Source: Longimicrobiales bacterium (GTDB lineage Bacteria; Gemmatimonadota; Gemmatimonadetes; Longimicrobiales; Gaopeijiaceae). From it: a stretch of 64,000 nt of DNA. The stretch spans positions 1,216,001 to 1,280,000 of the forward strand of contig CAXXKM010000001.1 in NCBI GenBank assembly GCA_963664435.2, given 5' to 3'. The first letter of the stretch is position 1, and each line of letters begins with the position of its first letter. This document shows, in pieces, positions 27,715 to 36,550 of the stretch. The notes under the pieces are model-generated. The model worked only from the letters and a program-made list of their open reading frames with translations. It did no database searches and was not told the DNA's origin. The position numbers were made by a program, and so were the translations under genes.

Positions 27715-29582
27715 TGCGCGCACCGCGGATGGCGACGCCGCGGAGGCGGGAATGCGCACTGGGAACGGGGTTTGCCGGACAGGCGCTGCCGCCCATCGTT
27801 CCGGCGGTGCCCCGGCGGAGGCGGGGGTTCCGGTTGAGCGCGGGAGCTGTCGCGCTTCTGCTCTGGGCCGCGCCGCCTGCGGACTCGCCGGTGGCGGACG
27901 CGGCGATGCGGGGAGACGCGGAGGCGGTCGTTGCCCTGATCGGCCAGGGCGCGGACGTGAACGTCCCCCAGGGCGACGGCATGACCGCGCTGCACTGGGC
28001 CGCCGAACGGGCGGACGCCGCACTTGTCCGGACGCTGCTGGACGCGGGGGCTGACGTGACCGCCGTCACGCGCATCGGCGACTACTCTCCCCTGCACCTC
28101 GCGGGGAAGGCGGGGAGCGGCGACGCCGTGGAGGCGCTGCTGGAGGCGGGGAGTGACCCGCATGCGGTGACCGCGACCGGCGCGGTGACGGCCATGCATT
28201 TCGCCGCCGGAGCCGGGAGCGCCGACGCCATCGCTTCCCTGGCCCGCCACGGCGCGGCAGTCGACGCCCGCGAAGCGGACCGGGGACAGACGCCGCTCAT
28301 GTTCGCCGCGGCCAACGACCGGATGGACGCGTTGCAGGCCCTGCTGGCGCTGGGCGCCGACCTGACCCTCCGCACCCGGGTGGTGGACATCGTGGACCTC
28401 GCCGCCGTCGACCGCGAGGCGGGAGAGGCGCGGGACGCCGTACTGCAAGAGTTCCGGGCGCAGGCGGAGGACCCGCGCTCCTGGCGGCCCACGCCGGAGC
28501 AGGTGCAGGCCGCAGTGCGGGCGGGCCACGAGGTGCAGGCTTCGCGCACCCGGGCCCTGGCCGACCAGGAAGAGCCGGAGGCAGCCCCGGACGCCTTCCC
28601 GGGATACACGGGCCTGGTGGGCCGCCAGGGCGGGATGACCGCGCTCCTGCACGCGGTGCGCGAAGGACACGCCGAAACCGCGCTGGCACTCCTCGACGCC
28701 GGCGCGGACATCAACGGCGTGAGCGGCGGCGACCATACCGGTCCGCTGCTCATGGCGACCATCAACGGTCACTTCGACCTGGCCATGACCCTGCTCGGCC
28801 GCGGGGCCGATCCGCGCACCGCCAGCGACGCCGGCGCGACGCCCCTCTACGCCACCATCAACGCCTACTGGGTGCCGAAGTCGCGCTATCCCCAGCAGCA
28901 GGCCTACCAGCAGCAGCATACCACCTACCTGGAGCTGATGGAGGCCCTCCTCGAAGCCGGCGCCGACCCCAATGCACGCCTGACCCGCCACCTGTGGTAC
29001 ATGTCCTATACCTTCGACCTTCTGCGGGTGGACACCCAGGGCGCCACGCCCTTCTGGCGGGCCGCCTACGGGACCGACGTGGAGGCGATGAAGCTGCTTG
29101 TGGCGAACGGCGCCGATCCGTCCATTCCGACCATGAAGCCGCCCGAGCGACGCAGGGGCGGCGCGGACGCGGAGGATCCTTCCGGGTTACCGCCGGTGCC
29201 GGTCGGAGGACCCGGAGTGTACCCGATTCACGCGGCCTCGGGTGTTGGCTACGGAGAGGGCTACGCGGGCAACTCGCACCGCCACGCCCCCAACGGCTGG
29301 CTGCCCTCCGTCCGGTACCTGGTGGAGGAACTCGGAGTCGACGTGAACGCCCGCGACCACAACGGCTACAACGCCCTGCATCACGCCGCCGCGAGAGGGG
29401 ACGTGGAGCTGATCCGCTACCTGGCCGAGCGGGGAGCCGACGTGACGGCGGTCAGTCGCCGGGGACAGACCACCGCGGACATGGCGAACGGACCGGTGCA
29501 GCGCATCCAGCCCTTCCCCGAGGCGCTGGCCCTGCTGGAAAGCCTGGGTGCGCACAACAACGACAACTGCCTGTCGTGTTGA
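27714..29582 (+). CDS. Secreted ankyrin-repeat protein (cassette 3)
   Basis: TAATG coupling, ankyrin repeats, ends NNDNCLSC. Confidence 0.88.
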   Translation: MRAPRMATPRRRECALGTGFAGQALPPIVPAVPRRRRGFRLSAGAVALLLWAAPPADSPVADAAMRGDAEAVVALIGQGADVNVPQGDGMTALHWAAERADAALVRTLLDAGADVTAVTRIGDYSPLHLAGKAGSGDAVEALLEAGSDPHAVTATGAVTAMHFAAGAGSADAIASLARHGAAVDAREADRGQTPLMFAAANDRMDALQALLALGADLTLRTRVVDIVDLAAVDREAGEARDAVLQEFRAQAEDPRSWRPTPEQVQAAVRAGHEVQASRTRALADQEEPEAAPDAFPGYTGLVGRQGGMTALLHAVREGHAETALALLDAGADINGVSGGDHTGPLLMATINGHFDLAMTLLGRGADPRTASDAGATPLYATINAYWVPKSRYPQQQAYQQQHTTYLELMEALLEAGADPNARLTRHLWYMSYTFDLLRVDTQGATPFWRAAYGTDVEAMKLLVANGADPSIPTMKPPERRRGGADAEDPSGLPPVPVGGPGVYPIHAASGVGYGEGYAGNSHRHAPNGWLPSVRYLVEELGVDVNARDHNGYNALHHAAARGDVELIRYLAERGADVTAVSRRGQTTADMANGPVQRIQPFPEALALLESLGAHNNDNCLSC

Positions 29583-29678
29583 AGGGGTCGCTGTCCTGAG
29601 AAGGCGGCGATGTCCTTCTGAAGGCGTCGCTGTCCTGCTGAGAAGGCGTCCGACGGTCGCCGCGGCGACCGGTCCTGG

Positions 29679-31118
29679 CTATCCGCCGGGCACCAGCAGG
29701 CGGATGACGCCGTCCCGCTTGTTGAGCAACAGCACCTGATCGTCGGGTCCCGACCCGAAGCGCAGGTCTGCCCGGGTCGCGGCTTCGCGGCCCTGTGAGG
29801 CGTTCGTCTCCCGAATCACCTGAAGCAGCGTCTTCGCCTGACCGTCGTCGTTGAGCAGGACTCTCCGGATCGCCTCCTGACCCCCGTCCGGCAGCTCGTC
29901 GGCGCTGATGTAGAAGATCTCGCCGCTCGGGTTGTCGCCGAACAGGACGAGATCGGCGAGCTGAGGGATCGCCCCGGAGCGGTAGACGTGGACGCCGGTT
30001 GCGGCCGACTGCCGCTGCAGCAACGGATCCAGCTGGCCATACTCCGCGACCGGATACCGGAACGCCGGGTCGCCGCGCCGATTCTCGAGACGGACCTCGG
30101 AGCGGCTCACGAACCTGAAGCTGCCCTCCCAGGAGTTCCAGCCCAGGTTGTCGCCCGCTTCCACCACGCTCAGCTCCTCCACGATGTTCTGGCCGATGTC
30201 GGCCATGAACATCCGGCCGGTCTCGGGATCCCAGGCGAAGCGCTGGGGATTGCGGGCGCCGTACGCGTAGATCTCGCCCAGCGCCTCGTCGGATCCGTCG
30301 CCGGCGAAGGGGTTGTCGGCGGGGATCCCGTACTGGCCGTTGGCGCTGTTCGACCCCAGTGGATCGATCCGGAGGATCTTTCCGAACGCCGAGCCGAGAT
30401 CCTGCGAGAGGTTCAACGGGTCGCCGCCGCTCCCCCCGTCCGCCGAACCCACGTAGAGCATCCCGAAGTCGGTGTCACCGGGTGAAGCGGTCGGGTTGAA
30501 GGCCAACTGCCCGCCGTTGTGGTTGCCGAAGGGCTGCTGCTGCCGAAGGAGTTCGCGGGGCGCACCGCCGTCGAAGGTGGCCGCCCCGGGGTCGCGCGCG
30601 ATCCATCCGTGCAGGACCGTGTCGTGGGCGTCGTTGCCGCCTGCCGGGGTGAAGTCGGGTGGCGGATCCGTATTGTCGGTATCGGTCCAGGTGTAGAACC
30701 GGCCGAATCCCGGGCTTCCCGGCTCTCCGAACTGCGGATGGAAGGCGAAGCTCTGGAATCCCCTCTCGCTGCCGCGCGAGTGGACGCCGATCCCCCACCG
30801 CGGATCGTTGATGTCCAGGTATTCCCTCACCGCCCGGCCGCTGTAGCTGACGGTGTAGAGCGGGCCCCGCATGTCGTTCACGAACATGCGGCCCGTGCCC
30901 GGCTCATCGACGAGGAGCATCATCCTGGCGGGCGCCCCGTCGACATCGGGCAGCCGCGCGAACTCGACGAAGTCCACCACGATCACACCGTCGGATGCCT
31001 CGATGGGGCGCGGGAATGGGTCGTTGGTACCCTGGGCTGCCGCCGGGGCGGGCGCGAGCGCTGCTGCGACGGGCGCGGCAACGAGCGCCGCCGCGACCAC
31101 CCTGCCGAGCAGGCTCAT
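29679..31118 (-). CDS. PQQ-dependent sugar (glucose/sorbosone) dehydrogenase family
   Basis: Signal peptide, AFHPQF, NHNGGQLAF, GDP..GKILRID, IYAYGARNP. Confidence 0.85.
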   Translation of the reverse strand: MSLLGRVVAAALVAAPVAAALAPAPAAAQGTNDPFPRPIEASDGVIVVDFVEFARLPDVDGAPARMMLLVDEPGTGRMFVNDMRGPLYTVSYSGRAVREYLDINDPRWGIGVHSRGSERGFQSFAFHPQFGEPGSPGFGRFYTWTDTDNTDPPPDFTPAGGNDAHDTVLHGWIARDPGAATFDGGAPRELLRQQQPFGNHNGGQLAFNPTASPGDTDFGMLYVGSADGGSGGDPLNLSQDLGSAFGKILRIDPLGSNSANGQYGIPADNPFAGDGSDEALGEIYAYGARNPQRFAWDPETGRMFMADIGQNIVEELSVVEAGDNLGWNSWEGSFRFVSRSEVRLENRRGDPAFRYPVAEYGQLDPLLQRQSAATGVHVYRSGAIPQLADLVLFGDNPSGEIFYISADELPDGGQEAIRRVLLNDDGQAKTLLQVIRETNASQGREAATRADLRFGSGPDDQVLLLNKRDGVIRLLVPGG

Positions 31119-31179
31119 GCCCCTGTTATTGCGATCCTTCGGGACAGCCCCTCGATCCACAATGATGCCGCTGACGACG

Positions 31180-31560
31180 TCAGGCCCCGCCCCTCTCCTC
31201 GAGGATGCGCTCGAACTCTTCGCGGCGGGCCTGGTCGAGGCTGACCTCGAGGGTGAAGAGCTGGTATTCCTCCTGGGACATCCCGTGGGTCTCGTAGATC
31301 TCGGCGAGCCGCTGGTCCATCTCGGAGCGCAGTTCCTCCTTGCCGGGATCGTCGTGGACTACGGCGATCGCCTGGTTGAACTCCTCGCGGGCGTCAACAA
31401 CCTCGATGTGGACCTGAACGAAGAGCATGAACCGCTCGTCGCTCGTGCCTGCCGCCGGTGCCTCCTCCTGCTGGCCGTGGAGGGCCGCGGGTCCGATGGT
31501 GAACAGAGAGGCAAGCGCCAGCAGACCGCCCGGAACCGTGAGTCTAGGGGCCTTTCTCAT
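31180..31560 (-). CDS. Small secreted helical protein (DUF4168-like)
   Basis: Signal peptide, acidic helical body, HGMSQEEY motif. Confidence 0.55.
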   Translation of the reverse strand: MRKAPRLTVPGGLLALASLFTIGPAALHGQQEEAPAAGTSDERFMLFVQVHIEVVDAREEFNQAIAVVHDDPGKEELRSEMDQRLAEIYETHGMSQEEYQLFTLEVSLDQARREEFERILEERGGA

Positions 31561-31796
31561 CGCAGATACGCTCCTTCCAGCTACGCCTTGTCCAGGCACG
31601 GATACATGTCGACCAGGGTACGACGGCCAAGGCTCGGGACGCCCTGCCGACGCGACCAACGTTCTATATTATCTCCTTCGGACTCGTCCGGAAACAAGCC
31701 CCGGTTGCGTGGACTGCGGCGGATGATGATCTTGGGCCGGACCGTTCCTTGCAGGAACGGCTGCATTGGCGATGGCGCGGTTATGGGAGTGAGGCG

Positions 31797-32048
31797 ATGC
31801 CCGTCTACGAATACGTATGCAACGATTGCGCACGGCAGTTCGAGGTGTTGCTGTTGAGGAAGGAGACGGCGGCCTGTCCTTCATGCGAAGGCGTCGACCT
31901 GAAGCGGATGCTCTCCGCACCCAGGGTCAAATCCTCAACGACGCGGGAGCTGGCGATGCGCGCCGCGAAGAAGCGTGACCGGGCCCAGGCGTGGGAACGG
32001 GTGAACGAACAGCGCAAGTACGAGGAGAGTCACGACCGGCACGGCTGA
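31797..32048 (+). CDS. FmdB-family zinc-ribbon protein
   Basis: MPVYEYVCNDC...FE...CPSC...S.P. Confidence 0.85.
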   Translation: MPVYEYVCNDCARQFEVLLLRKETAACPSCEGVDLKRMLSAPRVKSSTTRELAMRAAKKRDRAQAWERVNEQRKYEESHDRHG

Positions 32049-32114
32049 GCCTGCCCGGTCCGGGGCTCGGCCGAGGGCCCCACGAACGTTACCGTGAACC
32101 GAAGAGGAGTAGAG

Positions 32115-32516
32115 ATGAGCGCGAATGGAAAATGGGGCCTGGTCGCCTTGGGCATCCTGGCGATGGCCGCTGCCGTCCCGGCCACCGAGTCCGGCACCCC
32201 GCAGGCTCTGCCGGACGGAGTGACCGAAGAGATGGTGGAAGAGGGCAGGACGCTCTTTGCGAGCGACGCCCTGTGCTTCACCTGCCACGCAACCGGAGAG
32301 GGAGTCCCGAACCTGGGACCCAACCTGACCGACGACACCTGGCTCAACATCGAGGATCCTACTTCCTATGACCAGTTTGTGGAGCTGATCAACACCGGCG
32401 TCCCCGCGCCCAAGGAGCACATGATCCCCATGGTGCCAAGGGCGGGCAGCCCCATCAACGACGAGCAGGTCAGGGCCGTCGCCGCCTTCGTCTGGACGCT
32501 GGCGAACGGAAGCTAG
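32115..32516 (+). CDS. Monoheme class I cytochrome c
   Basis: GAGGAG RBS, signal peptide, GRTLF..CFTCH, GPNLTDDTW, distal Met candidates. Confidence 0.85.
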   Translation: MSANGKWGLVALGILAMAAAVPATESGTPQALPDGVTEEMVEEGRTLFASDALCFTCHATGEGVPNLGPNLTDDTWLNIEDPTSYDQFVELINTGVPAPKEHMIPMVPRAGSPINDEQVRAVAAFVWTLANGS

Positions 32517-32551
32517 ACCACGCTCTGCGGGCGCACACGACCCGCGCGAAG

Positions 32552-32598
32552 AAAAAAGGCCCGCCGCCTCTTCAACCTGGAAGGGGCGGCGGGCTTTC
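32552..32598. terminator. Intrinsic terminator between convergent genes
   Basis: AAAAAAGGCCCGCCGCCTCTTC-loop-GAAGGGGCGGCGGGCTTT. Confidence 0.8.
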
Positions 32599-32662
32599 CC
32601 TGTTGCCCGACGCGTGACCTGCGTCACCCGCTCGGGCGCGCTTCAGGCGGTGAGGGTCGCGG

Positions 32663-33316
32663 TCAGCCCCCCATGCCCTCGCCGCGCTTCATGAAGCCCA
32701 TGTGGGCGCTGGCCTGCTCGAGGCCGCCCTCGCCCTCCTGCCAGCCTGTGCGGCCGTCGCCATTGGCGTCCATCCCGGAGACCAGCTGGCCGGCTACCTC
32801 CGCCATCTCCTCGACCAGAGGCGCGGCGGCATCGGCGGACTCGGCTTCCTGTATCTGGGCAGCCAGTTCCAGGATGCGGTCCGCGCGCGCGACCGTGTTG
32901 TTGGCCGAGGTGGAGACGTGGTTCGCGTGCGTCCGGATGTTGTCCGTGGCGCCCTCGGAATCGGCAGCCATGGAGATGTGGCGGGCCGCTCCCGACGCAG
33001 CCGGCTTCACGCCGTAGCCCGCGCCGGGGCCGTTCTCGACCACACTGGGATCGACGGCGTGCTGGACGTGGCCGGTGTGACGCTTCATGGCATCGAGGTC
33101 GGCCAGGTCACGGGCCGCCAGGCCGGCGTGCATGGCCGCAACCTCGGCCTCGGCCATGGCGGTGGGGAGCAGTCCCATCCCGTCGGGCGTGCCGCGGAAG
33201 CCGTCCGCGACGTGTCCCATGTGAGCGTGGGCGGGGCTGTCCTGGGCGGCCGCGGTCGTGGCGAAGCCGACCACGGCGAGCGCCATCAGGGCGATGGTGA
33301 ATGAACGTGCGTGCAT
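32663..33316 (-). CDS. Secreted His-rich helical protein of unknown function
   Basis: GGAGG RBS, signal peptide ending AAAQ, HAHMGH, HTGHVQH, HANH. Confidence 0.75.
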   Translation of the reverse strand: MHARSFTIALMALAVVGFATTAAAQDSPAHAHMGHVADGFRGTPDGMGLLPTAMAEAEVAAMHAGLAARDLADLDAMKRHTGHVQHAVDPSVVENGPGAGYGVKPAASGAARHISMAADSEGATDNIRTHANHVSTSANNTVARADRILELAAQIQEAESADAAAPLVEEMAEVAGQLVSGMDANGDGRTGWQEGEGGLEQASAHMGFMKRGEGMGG

Positions 33317-33497
33317 GGAGTACCTCCGTGAAGAATGAAGGGGAAGACCTTTCTGAGAAACCTGAGAACCATCCTGGAAGGCGGCTGTTTTGTCCGACGA
33401 TCTCGTTCGCCGGAGACACCTGCAGGAAAACTGCGTGTCCCGGCGGTGACAGGCAAGCGAGGGGGATGAGCCCGTGTCCAACGCGGCGGCTCGAGTC

Positions 33498-34778
33498 TCA
33501 GACCGCACCCCAGAGGCAGCTTATCGGCAATGCGTAGCGGCGACCGCCGAAGGACAGCATTCGTTCCCCGAGGTAGAAGAGGATCGAGGTCACCGTTCGC
33601 GTCTTGCCCGGGCCCACCGTGGCGAACCAGTCGAGATGTCTGAAGTCCGCTCGACCCGCTGCAGAAGATGCCTTGACTTCGATGGCAACCAGGCGGTAGC
33701 CACTCTCCGCAAGGATATCGATCTCCCTTCCGCGCTGATCGCGCCAGTGGTGGAAGCGGAAATCGTTTTCCTGATGGGGCGCTGCGCGGAGAATCTCCGA
33801 GAACACGAAGCTCTCCGCCAGGCCACCGAGCGCGGCGGGGTCGCCGTCGACGCCAAACGAGCGTGTTGTGAGGTGTCTGAGGGCCGCCGCTACGCCGGTG
33901 TCGGCAAAGTGATACTTGGCGTTTTTGATCTCGCGGCGGGTTTCGCCGGATGTCCATGCACCGAGCTTGAAGACCAGCGACAGGCGCAGGAGCACGTCCA
34001 GGTATTGGTTGACCGTGCTTCGCCGCACGCCGATCAGCGAGCATAGTTCCGCGATGTTGAGTTCGGAGGCGGTGCGGACGGCCAACTGGTCGATCAGGCG
34101 CCTCAGCGCGTCCGTCTTGCGGACCCGAACGATATCGGCGACATCGCGGTCCACGATGGTATGGACGTACTCGCGGTAGACGCGCTGTCGTTTCCGGCGT
34201 TGAAGGTTACGGATGTTGGGGTAACCGCCCCGCAGAATGAGATCGACGTAGGCCATCCGGTCGAGACGCTGCGGTGTCGGAAGCTCTCGCAGGTCAAGCG
34301 ATCCGGAGACTGCCCAATCGAGGATGGTCGATGGACCGCGCGATATCGTCTCGGCCACGGTCAGAGGCCACAGCGTCAACGTCAGGAGGCGACCGGCGAG
34401 CGAGTCCGTGACGTGGGATGAAGTGAAGATGTTGGATGAACCGGTGATCACGAACTGCCCTGGGCGATCGTCGAGGTCCACGATGCGCTTGATGGCCAGC
34501 GGCAGTTGGTGGGAACGTTGGGCTTCGTCGACGATGAGCGGAGCATCCTCAAGCTCGGCGCGCAGGGCTTTCAGTTCTTCCCAGGGATCGTTTTCGATTG
34601 CGTCAAGCGTGGTAGCGTCGTCGAGAGTGATGAATCTTCCGGTCTGCATGATGTCCCGAACGAGCGTTGTCTTTCCGACCTGGCGGGCGCCGATGATGCT
34701 CACCACGCGCGAGTAGGTCAACGCGTCTTCCAACTCGACCCTGAGGTGCCGCGGCAGAATGCTGCGCTCGGAAGGCAT
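33498..34778 (-). CDS. AAA_14 ATPase with C-terminal DUF4143 (nuclease-fold) domain
   Basis: GARQVGKTT, IVDEAQ, TGSS, SLAGR, GGYP, KYHFADTG, EIDIL...AIEVK. Confidence 0.88.
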   Translation of the reverse strand: MPSERSILPRHLRVELEDALTYSRVVSIIGARQVGKTTLVRDIMQTGRFITLDDATTLDAIENDPWEELKALRAELEDAPLIVDEAQRSHQLPLAIKRIVDLDDRPGQFVITGSSNIFTSSHVTDSLAGRLLTLTLWPLTVAETISRGPSTILDWAVSGSLDLRELPTPQRLDRMAYVDLILRGGYPNIRNLQRRKRQRVYREYVHTIVDRDVADIVRVRKTDALRRLIDQLAVRTASELNIAELCSLIGVRRSTVNQYLDVLLRLSLVFKLGAWTSGETRREIKNAKYHFADTGVAAALRHLTTRSFGVDGDPAALGGLAESFVFSEILRAAPHQENDFRFHHWRDQRGREIDILAESGYRLVAIEVKASSAAGRADFRHLDWFATVGPGKTRTVTSILFYLGERMLSFGGRRYALPISCLWGAV

Positions 34779-34864
34779 GAGACCCTGAGTGGCTAGCGCG
34801 AGTAACACCGCAGTCCTGGCAGGAATGCGGATCGGGATTCGGTAAGGATCATATCGGAGGCCCG

Positions 34865-34956
34865 GGGGGACACAGGGTTACAAATCTGGTGACAACAGTG
34901 TTATCGATCTGGTGAAAATATCATTAGATGACAGGTGAAAGTTGTGTTAGCCTGTA
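34865..34956. repeat. Degenerate tandem array, four units of 23 bp
   Basis: GGTGA at 34888, 34911, 34934; TTA at 34878, 34901, 34924, 34947. Confidence 0.7.
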
Positions 34957-35124
34957 TGGGGACGCAAGTCGGGACGCCCTGAGGAACCCCGTCCACCTAA
35001 GCGAACGACAGGCGCTCACTGCGAAGAAGCTGCGGCGGAGTGGGCAGAGGAGAGCCGGATGGGACGGCCTGGGCAACACGAGCAGCGCGGCAGTTCGGCG
35101 GACCGCGCCGACGCTCTGTCCTCG

Positions 35125-36486
35125 CTACCCGAGAATCTCCGGTTTCGTCTCGCACAGGATGGAGAGGATGGCGTCGAGGTCGCCGGGGGACAGATGGGCG
35201 AAATCGCTCCCGCCCTCCTCGCCCCTGAGGATGCTCTGCAGGCGGCCGTTGACGTAGGTACGCGCCTGTGCCGGGAGGGCGTCGTACTCCGGCGAATGGA
35301 TCAGGTAGCTCAGCGGATGGCGGAAAAGCCGGGTGCGGAGGTCCAGGTCGCGGAGGGAGCGGCCCTGCGCGTCCCTGCGGGCGCCGGCCATGAAGTCGGA
35401 GGCGAAGGTCGAGGTGCCCTCGATGGGGTCCTCGAAGCGGGGGGTGCCCACGAACAGGAGGGCGCGCACGAGCGATTCGCCGAGGCCCTCGACCAGGCGG
35501 GCGGTGCGCGGAGACATCTCGCCGGGGGGCAGGCCATCCTGCTGGTCGATGTGAAGGCGGGTGCGGACGCGGTATCCCACCAGCGTGATGAGGTTCTGCA
35601 CGGTGATCTGGTGTTCGGCCACCAGCAGGGCCACGATGTCGCTGTGGGCGCCCAGGTAGGGAGCGACGTCGATGCGCTCGGACAGGTCGGTGAGGTTGCC
35701 GCCGGCCGTGATCGAGTCGCCCGCGCGACCGATGGCGACGTTCCCCATGTGGAGTTGGTCGCCGTGCGTGCCGGTGACGTACCAGCCGCCCCAGCGCTCC
35801 CGGATGGGCGTCGTGTCGGCGGTCACCTGCCACAGTTCGTGGGAGGCGAGCTGGCCGTTCTCGTCGGTCGGTCCGGAGCCCATGATGTGCCGGGGCACCC
35901 CGCCCCCGGTGAGCGAATAGGAGTCATGGCACTGGAGGCAGAGGCCGGTCTGGCGGCGGATGCGCGGGCCATCCTCCCCGTCCGGCTCCAGGTTATAGAA
36001 GACCGGTCCCAGGTCCGGGTCCTGGGCGGAGATCTCGAGGCCGTCCGTCCCCGGGGTCCAGGCGATATAGACGCGGTCGTTGAAGTAGAGGGCGCGCGGG
36101 GTCTCGGGCCAGATCAGGCGGGCCAGCAGGCTGGTCTTGGAGAAGACCAGCATCTGGGAGGAGACGGGAATCTCGAGTTCGCGCAGTACGGCCTCCAGGT
36201 AGGCGCTCGGTCCCGCACGGTCGAGGGTTACTTCGCCGTTCTCCAGGCCGCGGGCGAGGACGGCCACCGGGTCGCTGGTCTCGCCGGTGGCGTAGGGGAT
36301 GGTGGGGTATTCGGTGTCGTAGGGGAGCTGGAGGGCGGAGAGGGTCGGGGCGGGGGCCGCGGGAAGGGTCGGGGCGGGGGCCGCGGCGCCGTCCGCAGGG
36401 GTCAGGGCGGCGATCAGTACCGTAGCTGCCGCCAGGAGGCCGACGGGCGGAATCGGCGCCGTACCCCATGCGCGCAGCCGCCTCAT
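35125..36486 (-). CDS. Secreted hypothetical protein with one CxxCH (probable c-heme protein)
   Basis: Signal peptide, SSQMLVFSKTS, PRALYFND, CLQCH, RWGGWYVTG, HMGN. Confidence 0.75.
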   Translation of the reverse strand: MRRLRAWGTAPIPPVGLLAAATVLIAALTPADGAAAPAPTLPAAPAPTLSALQLPYDTEYPTIPYATGETSDPVAVLARGLENGEVTLDRAGPSAYLEAVLRELEIPVSSQMLVFSKTSLLARLIWPETPRALYFNDRVYIAWTPGTDGLEISAQDPDLGPVFYNLEPDGEDGPRIRRQTGLCLQCHDSYSLTGGGVPRHIMGSGPTDENGQLASHELWQVTADTTPIRERWGGWYVTGTHGDQLHMGNVAIGRAGDSITAGGNLTDLSERIDVAPYLGAHSDIVALLVAEHQITVQNLITLVGYRVRTRLHIDQQDGLPPGEMSPRTARLVEGLGESLVRALLFVGTPRFEDPIEGTSTFASDFMAGARRDAQGRSLRDLDLRTRLFRHPLSYLIHSPEYDALPAQARTYVNGRLQSILRGEEGGSDFAHLSPGDLDAILSILCETKPEILG

Positions 36487-36550
36487 CGGATCAACGACCT
36501 GACCCTGGGGAGCGGTTGCGGCGCTGCGTCCCGCGAAGTCGTCCGGCGCC

